32,000 nt of DNA, from contig NZ_JADZGI010000001.1 in NCBI RefSeq assembly GCF_015865035.1, forward strand, positions 88,593 through 120,592. The letters run 5' to 3'. The stretch is from Novosphingobium aureum. GTDB taxonomy: Bacteria; Pseudomonadota; Alphaproteobacteria; Sphingomonadales; Sphingomonadaceae. The notes under the pieces are model-generated. The model searched no databases. It was not told where the DNA came from and saw only the letters and a program-made list of their open reading frames with translations. Below, piece after piece: positions 25,401-32,000 of this stretch. The translations under genes were made by a program, and so were the position numbers. Positions within the stretch are counted from its first letter, which is position 1. The number at the start of each line of letters is the position of its first letter.

Positions 25401-25459
25401 AGGGCGCAGGGTGCGCAGGTTCCGGCCAGAAACAGCCGCAAGGACGTTCTCGAATTCAT
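22457..25459 (-). CDS. large TonB-dependent receptor (1000 aa)
   Basis: Signal peptide, plug region VVTGSRIARPDYVANSPIVSI, repeated barrel strands, and a C-terminal ...NAAITKKF. Confidence 0.9.
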   Translation of the reverse strand: MNSRTSLRLFLAGTCAPCALLASGAMAQSLPDAPPAAEPEDVGSIVVTGSRIARPDYVANSPIVSIGNDALEDSGRLTVEKSLAQMPQFAGAFGESNGGSTSTGLNGGQAYASLRGLGAKRTLILLDGRRLQPSNPDGSVDLNTIPEALIESVEVITGGASTTYGSDATAGVVNFRLKRNFEGLEVHGEAGTSEYGDGESYRLGAVAGGEFADGRGSAVISFDYTKRERALQYRRDYYRYRSDRAGLATIRQGTVLFGANTPSLDAVNAVFEGIYGTPALPGNAAGQYTGWFGFNTDQTLFSEVGVPVYNLRDPESDSAYLVSTSPTNQQLNFGYTGSSLQSDLNRYSVFAKVDYELTDSIRAFGQFTMTDYSSVGVANPTLASNVYGLSVPVTNPYITDEFASILASRADPDANFTFYKAFNVLGQRLQAYRYNVWQGTFGFDGNLGVKDWTWELYGSVSRAKFENEQVGGASASALAELLNSPTGGSELCEGGFNPFGNLTPSQECIDYITRRTLNTNTLRQRTVEGSIQGGLFDAPAGEVRFALGADYRYNGYGFEPDNQLAQANGTSDILGYSVLRPASGSVSTKEVFAELFVPVLHDLPAIQEFNLDLGYRYSDYSSVGGVHTYKADFDWRVIDSIRLRGGYNRAIRAPSVGELFAPVSTGSVGIGTPSASNTNGDPCDVRSSYRQGANGDAVRELCLAQGIPEAIIDSYQLGTAQVFALTGGNPDLQEEKADTLSLGAVLTSPFMTPMLSNMSLSVDWYQIKIKDAIGPLSIAQGIQFCYNSGGNNPSYDPDNYYCSLIERSTDSGVPVNPVQPLLNLGTFNVRGIDVQFDWRFGLDQIFGGDPGQISLNVAASYLDKFEIQALPGASTYDYAGSIGTGIESGAGTAHPEWKTITSLGWSKDGYGFGLRWRHLDSMIASARVVSPSSTTRGVSAYDVFDLNARAIMPGDTELRISVTNMFNRKPPQVGDIRGTYDAQNYDVIGRYFNAAITKKF

Positions 25460-25609
25460 TTAGTACCCCTCATGTACGAAGAAAAATTATCCACGTGACA
25501 GTGAGGACGCAGCGAAGTTTCAATACCTCAGCAAATTTTCGAAATGTTTCAAAAAAAATGCGCCGAACACGGATTCCCATGTTCGACGCATATAGTTCAG
25601 GGTGGATTC

Positions 25610-28390
25610 TTACTTCTCGGCGCTTGCCGGTCCGTACAGAATTCCGTTGAAGAGGAACTTGAAGGTTGGATAGGGCTGCCCGCGCTGCGTCACTTCGGGA
25701 CCCATCACGAAGAGCTTGCCCTTGCCCAGGTCGACGTCGGCGATCGCGGTCGTACCGTTGAGCTTCTCCTGCCCCAGTGCCCAGCCGCTGCGCAGCGGGC
25801 TTGCACTGTCGTACCAGGAGATGCGCTTAACCTGCGAACCGTCGCCGGTGAGGTTGAACGACTGGCTGTGGTCGAAGAACATGTTGACCTCGGCCGGCAC
25901 GCCATAGGCGAGCGGTGCGGTGGGATCGACCTTGGCATCGAGGATCGCGCCGGGGATGTAGAACTCCTTGGAGTCCAGCGGGGCGAGCTTGCCGTCGACG
26001 GTCTTGGCGAGCGCGGGCTGAAGCGGGGCGCCCAGCATCGTCGCGAGCTGGGCCGCACTGCCCACCGCGATGATCGTGCCGCCGGCCTTGGCGAAGCGGT
26101 CGAGCTGCGGGACGGTCTTTTCCTCGCTGACCTTGCCCAGCCAGGGGCGGTACTGCGCCGGGATCTCCTGCGGATCGGGCATCGTCACCGGACGACCGCG
26201 CCAGGGCCCGCCGTTGACCGGCACCGTGCCGTTCGCGAAGAGCAGGACGTCGTAGCTGGCCTTGAGGTTACCCTTGTCGAGCTCGCCCGGGTAGACGACC
26301 TTGAAGGGGAACTCGTACTGTTCGAGCAGGAACCGGGTCCAGCCGGCCGGCATGACGCCGCCGTACTGGTCGACGAGGCCAACACGCACCGGCTTGATCG
26401 CCATGGTCTCGCCGGTCGGTGCCGCATCGGCGGCATAGGCGTTGATGCCCAGTTCCTTGACCGCTGCGGCAACAATTGCGCGCGACTTGGCCGATGCCGG
26501 GACCCACACCGCACCGGGAGCGAAGTCCACACCCTGCGCGCTGGTCTGCTGCTTGATCCACGAGACCGGCAGCTTCTGCTTGAGCAGGCGGTTGGTCAGG
26601 ATGAAGCTGTTGTTGGTCTCGTGACGCAGCAGCCACCCGGCCTTGCCCTCGCCCACGATCTGCCCCTCGGGCACGCCCAGCAGGCCCGAAACCTTGGTGA
26701 AGGGACCATCGACGCTCTCGAACACGCGGTCATAGGTCACGCCCATCTGCTCGGAGAGGGTGTAGCCGGTGATGTCGTAGGGTGCCTTGGGCGGGCCGCC
26801 GGGATATTCCTCGTCGTGCGGGTGATCCTGCGGCTCGAACATGTCGAGCACGTGCGGGCGATAGGCCTGCCCGGTCTGAACCACGAACGAGCCTGCCGGG
26901 TACTGCTTGCCTGCAGCAGTGAAGGGCTGGCTGGCCTGAAGCACGTCGACGCCGTTCTTCAGCAGCGCGTTGAGGAAGGCGATCGTGGTCGGTGCGTCGC
27001 GCTGGGCGGGCGGCAGGATGTAGGCGCGCGGATCGCGACGCTCGGGCGCCTGCAGGACCTCGTCGTAGAGCCCGGGATCGACGCGCTTGGCGCTACGGAA
27101 ATAGCCGGTGGCCTCGGGTGCGGGCCGACCCTTTGCCGCCTCTTCCAGCGCATCGATGTCGCCCGGGGTCGTGGTCCAGCTGTCACGCTGGCCAGCCTCG
27201 ATACCGTTCCGGCCCATCTTGTAGATGTTGTAGAGCAGGCGGTCGCGGTTGCGCGAGGCATAGTCGAGCACCGCGCGGTCGAGCGACCACTGGTACTCGA
27301 GACTGTCGGCAAGGTGCCATTCCTGCGGGCGGATCGGCAGAGGCTCGTCATTGCGCGCAAGCTGGTTGTCGGGAACCAGCGGGATCGTCTCGGGGGTAGG
27401 CCCGCCGATGATCTCTGTGAGCAGGCCGATCGAGTTGTGGAAGTAGGCGACCGAGCGCTCCATGCCGTTGTGCCAGGTCGAGTAGGGGGCGGCAGAGCGC
27501 ATGCCCGAACCACCCTTGCCCTCGGCGACGAGGCGGCTGTGCATGGTCGAGCCCACTTCCTGCAGCTCGGTCATGAGCAGGGGTTCGTAGTTATAGTTGA
27601 ACGGGTCGCGGAAGGGCGGAACGAAGACCACCATGCCCGCCGGTCCGGTCTGGTGCTGGTTGAAGATGATCTGCGGGAACCATTCGCGGAACAGCACCCG
27701 GTTGACGTTCTCCGTCTCGGGCATGTGCGCCATGAAGCTGTCGCGGTTGTTATCGTGACCGACGTACTTCTGATAGAGCCGCGGGATCGTGCGGAACTCG
27801 CGCTTGGTCTTGTCCTCGTTGCGCATGTACCAGTCGGCGACGAGCTGGAGGCCGTCGGGATTGTCATGGCCGAACAGGATGATGACGTCGTCGAGAATGC
27901 GCTTGGTCTCGGCATCGTCGCCGGTCAGCATGCGGTAGAGAACGTGGATCTGCGACTGCGTCGTCACCGTTTCGGTGGCGTGCATGCCCGCATCGATCCA
28001 GACCACCGCCTTGCCTTCGGCGGCAAGCGCCTGGGCCTGCTCGTCGGAAATTCCGTCAGCCTTGGCGAGCTGCTGCGCGATGCCGCGATAGTGCTCGAGC
28101 CTGGCGATGTTGGCAGGCGAGGAAACCGCCGCGACCCACATCGTGCGCCCTTCCGCGCTCTTGCCGATGTCGATCAGCTTGATCTTGTCGGACTGGCTGG
28201 CGAGCTTCTTGAGATAGGCCTCGTACTGGTCGTAGTTGGCGAGGAAGTAATCGCTGCCCGGCTCCTGCGGGAAGCTTTCGGCAGGGGTCGCGATGCCCTT
28301 GTCGTTGGGACCGGAGATCTGGGCAAGGCCCGGTGATGTCATCAAGAGGGCGACCGCCGCCAGGCTGGCCGTCCCGCGCCAATTACGCAT
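25610..28390 (-). CDS. secreted M14-family zinc carboxypeptidase-like protein (large, multidomain)
   Basis: HxxE zinc motif GMHATE, plus GRTMWVAAVSS and FGHDNPDG. The start is moved to ATG 28390 (RBS AGGAGA; signal peptide MRNWRGTASLAAVALLMTSPGLAQ). Confidence 0.8.
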   Translation of the reverse strand: MRNWRGTASLAAVALLMTSPGLAQISGPNDKGIATPAESFPQEPGSDYFLANYDQYEAYLKKLASQSDKIKLIDIGKSAEGRTMWVAAVSSPANIARLEHYRGIAQQLAKADGISDEQAQALAAEGKAVVWIDAGMHATETVTTQSQIHVLYRMLTGDDAETKRILDDVIILFGHDNPDGLQLVADWYMRNEDKTKREFRTIPRLYQKYVGHDNNRDSFMAHMPETENVNRVLFREWFPQIIFNQHQTGPAGMVVFVPPFRDPFNYNYEPLLMTELQEVGSTMHSRLVAEGKGGSGMRSAAPYSTWHNGMERSVAYFHNSIGLLTEIIGGPTPETIPLVPDNQLARNDEPLPIRPQEWHLADSLEYQWSLDRAVLDYASRNRDRLLYNIYKMGRNGIEAGQRDSWTTTPGDIDALEEAAKGRPAPEATGYFRSAKRVDPGLYDEVLQAPERRDPRAYILPPAQRDAPTTIAFLNALLKNGVDVLQASQPFTAAGKQYPAGSFVVQTGQAYRPHVLDMFEPQDHPHDEEYPGGPPKAPYDITGYTLSEQMGVTYDRVFESVDGPFTKVSGLLGVPEGQIVGEGKAGWLLRHETNNSFILTNRLLKQKLPVSWIKQQTSAQGVDFAPGAVWVPASAKSRAIVAAAVKELGINAYAADAAPTGETMAIKPVRVGLVDQYGGVMPAGWTRFLLEQYEFPFKVVYPGELDKGNLKASYDVLLFANGTVPVNGGPWRGRPVTMPDPQEIPAQYRPWLGKVSEEKTVPQLDRFAKAGGTIIAVGSAAQLATMLGAPLQPALAKTVDGKLAPLDSKEFYIPGAILDAKVDPTAPLAYGVPAEVNMFFDHSQSFNLTGDGSQVKRISWYDSASPLRSGWALGQEKLNGTTAIADVDLGKGKLFVMGPEVTQRGQPYPTFKFLFNGILYGPASAEK

Positions 28391-28513
28391 ATATGATCTC
28401 CTGTCCCGCCAAGAATTGGCCCTGGTTATGGAGAGAGACGCAGGGCTCTTGCGTTCCCTCATGACTTTTTTGGAACTTTTTCGAAATTTTCGACTTGGGC
28501 CGGATCGCCCGGT

Positions 28514-29929
28514 TCAGATGGGCACCACATCGAAGGCAAGGCTGAGCCGGTCCTCTTCACCCCGGAAATGCTCGGTTCCATGCCAGCAGTAGCTGGGGAA
28601 CAGTACGAGGTTGCCCGCCTTGGGCCGGATGCGGTGGAGCGGTGCCATCTCGGGCCTCGTCGCGATCCCCGGGCGGCCGAAGGCAAGCCAGCCCTGCGGC
28701 GGCTCCGCGCTCGCGGCAGGAGTCTCGACGTGGAGCGCGCTCGATATCCAGCCTTCGGGATGGACGTGGTCGACGTGATAGCCGCCCGCTCGCAACAACA
28801 CCGACCAGGCCCCGGTAAAGCGCCAGCGTTCAGGGGAGGGGGCCCGCGCGCGCGTCGGGTCGCTGCCGGGGCCGAGTTCGGCGATATAGCGCGAGACGGT
28901 GCGGCGAATTTCGAGGAAGAGCCCGGCGATGACCGGGTCGTTGCTGCGCGAGAGGTCCTCCTGCGTCTGGCTGCCGAAGCGCAGCGACTGGCCGAGCGGG
29001 TGCATCGAGAAACCGTGGCGCGCACGCAGCACTCCGGCTACCGCACCGAGCCACTCCTCGCGCGATGCCCAGCCTTCGGGCGTCGCCACCTCGAGCGAGC
29101 GGATCAGCCCGGTATCCTCGTAATCGGCGAGCCCGCGCGGATCGCCCAGCGCGCGCCAGGCAGTGAGCAGCAGCGCACGCACGCCCTGATGGCGCGGATC
29201 GTGTGCGAGGATGCGCTCGGCAAGGTCGCGCGCCTCCTCGGCGCGTCCCTCGGCCAGCAGCGCCTCGACTGCGCCGCTGGCGGCAAGCGTAGAGGAGGGC
29301 GCGAGCCGCAGCGCCTCGACCACGTGGGAAAGCTGCGCCCCGCTGCGCCCGGCTGCGGCGCAGGCCTGTGCGGTCGCAAGACGCAGCGCGGGGTCGGCCG
29401 GGGCACTGCGCAAGGCGTGTTCGAGCCGCGCCACCGCCGCATCGGGCTCGCCCGCGGCAATATCCATGCGGCTGCGCAGGATCACGAGCGGCTGCGCCTC
29501 GTGCGTCGCGACAATCGCCGCATCGAGTGCGCGGGTCGCACCGGCAAGCTCGCCGCCGCGCATCCAGCGCAGCTGCGCGAGGTCGTGGTGCGCATCGTAA
29601 TAGTCCGCGCGCAACGCGATCGCCTGCGCGAAGGCCTGCTCGGCCTCGTCGAGATGCCCCAGACCTTGCCGGGCGCGGGCAAGCACGAGCCAGGTCTCGG
29701 GGACTGCGCGGCTCAGCGATAGCGCGCGCTCAGCCTCGGCGGCAGCCTCCTCGAAAAGCGAGAGATCGCCGGCGGTCGAGGCGAGGTTGTGTGCCGCGAC
29801 ACTGCTCTGCGTCCGCAAACAGGCATCGAGACGATAGTGCTCCAGCGCCTCCTCGAGACGCCCTTGCGCCTTGAGCGCACGCGCGCGTCCCGCATGATCC
29901 TGCGGCGAAGTTTGCCCGGCACCATTCAT
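28514..29929 (-). CDS. TPR-repeat protein with C-terminal 2OG-Fe(II) oxygenase-like domain (PF13759-type)
   Basis: Multiple Ala/Leu-rich TPR-like repeats, then HVDHVHPEGWISSALHV...RPKAGNLVLFPSYCWHGTEHFRGEEDRLSLAFDV. The start is taken at MNGAGQ (29929). Confidence 0.7.
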   Translation of the reverse strand: MNGAGQTSPQDHAGRARALKAQGRLEEALEHYRLDACLRTQSSVAAHNLASTAGDLSLFEEAAAEAERALSLSRAVPETWLVLARARQGLGHLDEAEQAFAQAIALRADYYDAHHDLAQLRWMRGGELAGATRALDAAIVATHEAQPLVILRSRMDIAAGEPDAAVARLEHALRSAPADPALRLATAQACAAAGRSGAQLSHVVEALRLAPSSTLAASGAVEALLAEGRAEEARDLAERILAHDPRHQGVRALLLTAWRALGDPRGLADYEDTGLIRSLEVATPEGWASREEWLGAVAGVLRARHGFSMHPLGQSLRFGSQTQEDLSRSNDPVIAGLFLEIRRTVSRYIAELGPGSDPTRARAPSPERWRFTGAWSVLLRAGGYHVDHVHPEGWISSALHVETPAASAEPPQGWLAFGRPGIATRPEMAPLHRIRPKAGNLVLFPSYCWHGTEHFRGEEDRLSLAFDVVPI

Positions 29930-30205
29930 GGTAAGAAGCTGCGACCCCCTGTAATCCCGTCCGATAATCCCGTCGATCCCGGCGGCTCGTCGGCGCAACC
30001 TGCCCGAGTCTTGCCGCATGTTCCACAACAGTGACGCAGCCCGCGAGATTGCCCTCAAGGACGAGTGCGTAAGTGCCATTCACCAGGCCTTCGCATGCCG
30101 CGCGTGAAGTGGCGCGCGGTCCGGCCCTGTGATACCATGGTCTCTGCCGGTCCAACGAGTCCGGCCCGGTCTCCGGCAACGGGGCGCAAAAAGGGAGAAC
30201 CAAGG

Positions 30206-30631
30206 ATGACGATTGAGCGGATCATCGAACACCGTCACGACATCGTGACCTGTTCGGTAAACAACACCATGCGTGAGGCCGCGACAATCCTGGCCGACCG
30301 CCGCATCGGTGCGCTGCCGGTGATGGACGGCACCATGATTGCCGGGATCTTTTCCGAACGCGACGTGATCTACCGCCTGCGCGAATTCGGCGCCGACGTG
30401 CTCGATCGCCCGGTTGCCGAGGTGATGACCGCACCCGCAGTGACAGTCTCGCCCGACACTGCCGCGATGACCGCATTGGCGATGATGACAAAGCGGCGCA
30501 TCCGACACCTGCCGGTCGTCTCGGGCGGACAGATGATCGGCTTCGTCTCGATCGGCGACATCGTCAAGTATCGCCTCGACAAGGTCGAGGGCGAGGCGGC
30601 GGCCCTGCGCGACTATATCCAGATGGCCTGA
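30206..30631 (+). CDS. CBS-domain pair protein
   Basis: RBS AAGGGAGA. Two CBS repeats (IGALPVMDG..IAGIFSERDV and IRHLPVVSGGQMIGFVSIGDIV). Confidence 0.85.
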   Translation: MTIERIIEHRHDIVTCSVNNTMREAATILADRRIGALPVMDGTMIAGIFSERDVIYRLREFGADVLDRPVAEVMTAPAVTVSPDTAAMTALAMMTKRRIRHLPVVSGGQMIGFVSIGDIVKYRLDKVEGEAAALRDYIQMA

Positions 30632-30712
30632 GAGGGCTGGCCTGCCCCCGGTCTGCATTCTGCGGGCCCGGGGGAACTTGTCGCAAGGGCTCGGCAGGCC
30701 TACATTCAGGAC

Positions 30713-31045
30713 ATGGAACAGTCCTCGCTCATTCTCAGCCCCTCCGCCGCCGCCCGCGTTGCCGCCATCGCGCAGAAGCAGGACAAGCCGGCGATCCTGC
30801 GCCTTTCGGTCGAAGGCGGTGGCTGTTCGGGCTTCCAGTACAAGTTCGGTCTCGCCGATGCTGCGCTCGATGACGACAGCGTGGCCGAGACCGACGGCGT
30901 CAGGCTGGTGGTCGATCCGGTCAGCCTCGATCTCGTCGGCGGCGCACTGGTCGACTACGTCGAATCGCTCGGCGGCTCGGCCTTCAAGGTCGAGAATCCC
31001 AATGCCGCCGCCGGCTGTGGCTGCGGCTCCAGCTTCAGCATCTGA
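30713..31045 (+). CDS. erpA: HesB/IscA-family iron-sulfur cluster insertion protein (ErpA-like)
   Basis: LRLSVEGGGCSGFQYKF and C-terminal CGCGSSFSI. Confidence 0.9.
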   Translation: MEQSSLILSPSAAARVAAIAQKQDKPAILRLSVEGGGCSGFQYKFGLADAALDDDSVAETDGVRLVVDPVSLDLVGGALVDYVESLGGSAFKVENPNAAAGCGCGSSFSI

Positions 31046-31124
31046 GGCCAGCCCCCGGCAAAGACCCCGCGCAGAGCCCGATTTGGCTTGACGCGAGGCA
31101 GGGCGCCTGCCGAGAAGGCGCGCC

Positions 31125-31898
31125 ATGAAGATTGCCACTTTCAACATCAACGGCGTCAAGGCGCGCCTGCCCCGTCTGCTCGAATGGCTCGAGGAGACCC
31201 GTCCCGCGGTTGCCTGCCTGCAGGAGATCAAGTCGCAGGACGAGGGCTTTCCCATCAGCGAGTTCGAGAAGCTCGGCTACAAGGGCCTGTGGCACGGCCA
31301 GAAGAGCTTCAACGGCGTCGCCATCCTCGCCGATGGGGAAATGCCCGTCGAGGTGCAGCGCGGGCTCGAGGGCGAGCCCGAGGACGACCATTCGCGCTAT
31401 CTCGAGGCCGATGTCTTCGGGCTGCGCGTCGCGTGCATCTACCTGCCCAACGGCAATCCGGTGCCCGGGCCCAAGTTCGACTACAAGCTGCGCTGGATGA
31501 AGCGGCTGCGCGCACGCATGGCGCAGATCCGCAGCGAGGAAGTGCCCGCGATCGTCACCGGTGATTTCAACGTCATCCCGCATGACCGCGACGTATGGTC
31601 GCCACCCGCGATGGCCGCCGATGCGCTGATGCAGCCGGAATCGCGCAATGCCTATTTCCGCCTGCTCGGCGATGGCTGGACCGACGCGATCGCGACGCAC
31701 AACCCCAAGGGCGGCGTGTGGACCTACTGGGACTACCAGGCCGGCGCCTGGCCGCGCGATCACGGTTTCCGCATCGACCACGCGCTGCTTTCGCCCGAAC
31801 TGGCCGACCGGCTCGTCGCCTGCGGCGTCGACAAGGACCATCGCGGGCGGGAGAAGGCGAGCGACCATGCTCCGGTCTGGGTGAGCTTGCGTGCCTGA
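31125..31898 (+). CDS. xthA: exodeoxyribonuclease III
   Basis: MKIATFNINGVKARLPRLLEWL...CLQEIK...GDFNVIPHDRDV...RIDHALLSP...SDHAPVWV. Confidence 0.95.
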   Translation: MKIATFNINGVKARLPRLLEWLEETRPAVACLQEIKSQDEGFPISEFEKLGYKGLWHGQKSFNGVAILADGEMPVEVQRGLEGEPEDDHSRYLEADVFGLRVACIYLPNGNPVPGPKFDYKLRWMKRLRARMAQIRSEEVPAIVTGDFNVIPHDRDVWSPPAMAADALMQPESRNAYFRLLGDGWTDAIATHNPKGGVWTYWDYQAGAWPRDHGFRIDHALLSPELADRLVACGVDKDHRGREKASDHAPVWVSLRA

Positions 31899-31935
31899 CG
31901 CGCGCAACCACTCCTGACAGCCCCGAAAATGCGAA

Positions 31936-31965
31936 GCGGCCGGATCCTCACAGGGATCCGGCCGC
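31936..31965. terminator. 12-bp perfect stem-loop downstream of xthA
   Basis: gcggccggatcc-tcacag-ggatccggccgc. There is no clear U-tract, so intrinsic terminator function is uncertain. Confidence 0.45.
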
Positions 31966-32000
31966 GTCATTTGCCTTCCAAGCCTCGTTCAGGCCCGATG

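Noticed and set aside
22289-25498. 1069-aa plus-strand ORF
   Set aside because: It lies antisense to a well-supported TonB-dependent receptor. The product is Arg/Ala/Gly/Val-rich low complexity with no motifs. Long stop-free antisense frames are expected in ~67% GC coding DNA.
25544-28336. 930-aa plus-strand ORF
   Set aside because: Antisense shadow of the M14 peptidase gene, with the same low-complexity, high-GC artefact.
30080-31970. Long minus-strand ORFs 30080..31255 and 31035..31970
   Set aside because: They lie antisense to the well-supported CBS, ErpA and XthA genes and give low-complexity Arg/Gly-rich translations.

Overview
High-GC chromosome segment, probably alphaproteobacterial and sphingomonad-like. 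That placement is an inference from gene content and codon bias; nothing was searched. The flanks are ordinary core genes. On the left are an MFS transporter, a DUF2141 protein coupled to a fatty-acid hydroxylase, an RhlE-type DEAD-box helicase, DUF1289 and MmcB. On the right are a FecI/FecR/TonB-dependent transducer signalling module, a secreted-peptidase and TonB-receptor locus, a TPR/2OG-oxygenase, a CBS protein, ErpA and XthA. The main finding is a ~10.2-kb island inserted in tRNA-Arg(CCG). It is bounded by an exact 46-bp direct repeat (6184-6229 = 16419-16464) that starts at the anticodon loop. On the minus strand the island carries int, alpA, an AEP-primase/SF3-helicase fusion, an iteron-type origin, and a tightly coupled operon of small genes led by a terminase-small-subunit-like protein. 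It has no capsid, portal, large terminase, tail or lysis genes, so the layout is that of a phage satellite (PICI/P4-like) rather than a prophage. Its cargo end holds an unusual restriction-modification-like pair: a gamma-class N6-adenine methyltransferase convergent with a phospholipase-D-family nuclease whose C-terminal domain looks like a DNA-binding barrel. A divergently transcribed SeqA-N-like RHH + RAMA-like protein sits next to a ~47-bp palindromic operator. Other observations: the integrase appears truncated at its 5' end, a hairpin sequesters the alpA ribosome-binding site, the FecA-like transducer next to the island carries an in-frame amber codon, and two peptidase-locus promoters share an AT-rich TTTCGAAA motif. 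All domain calls come from reading the translations by eye, with no database search.
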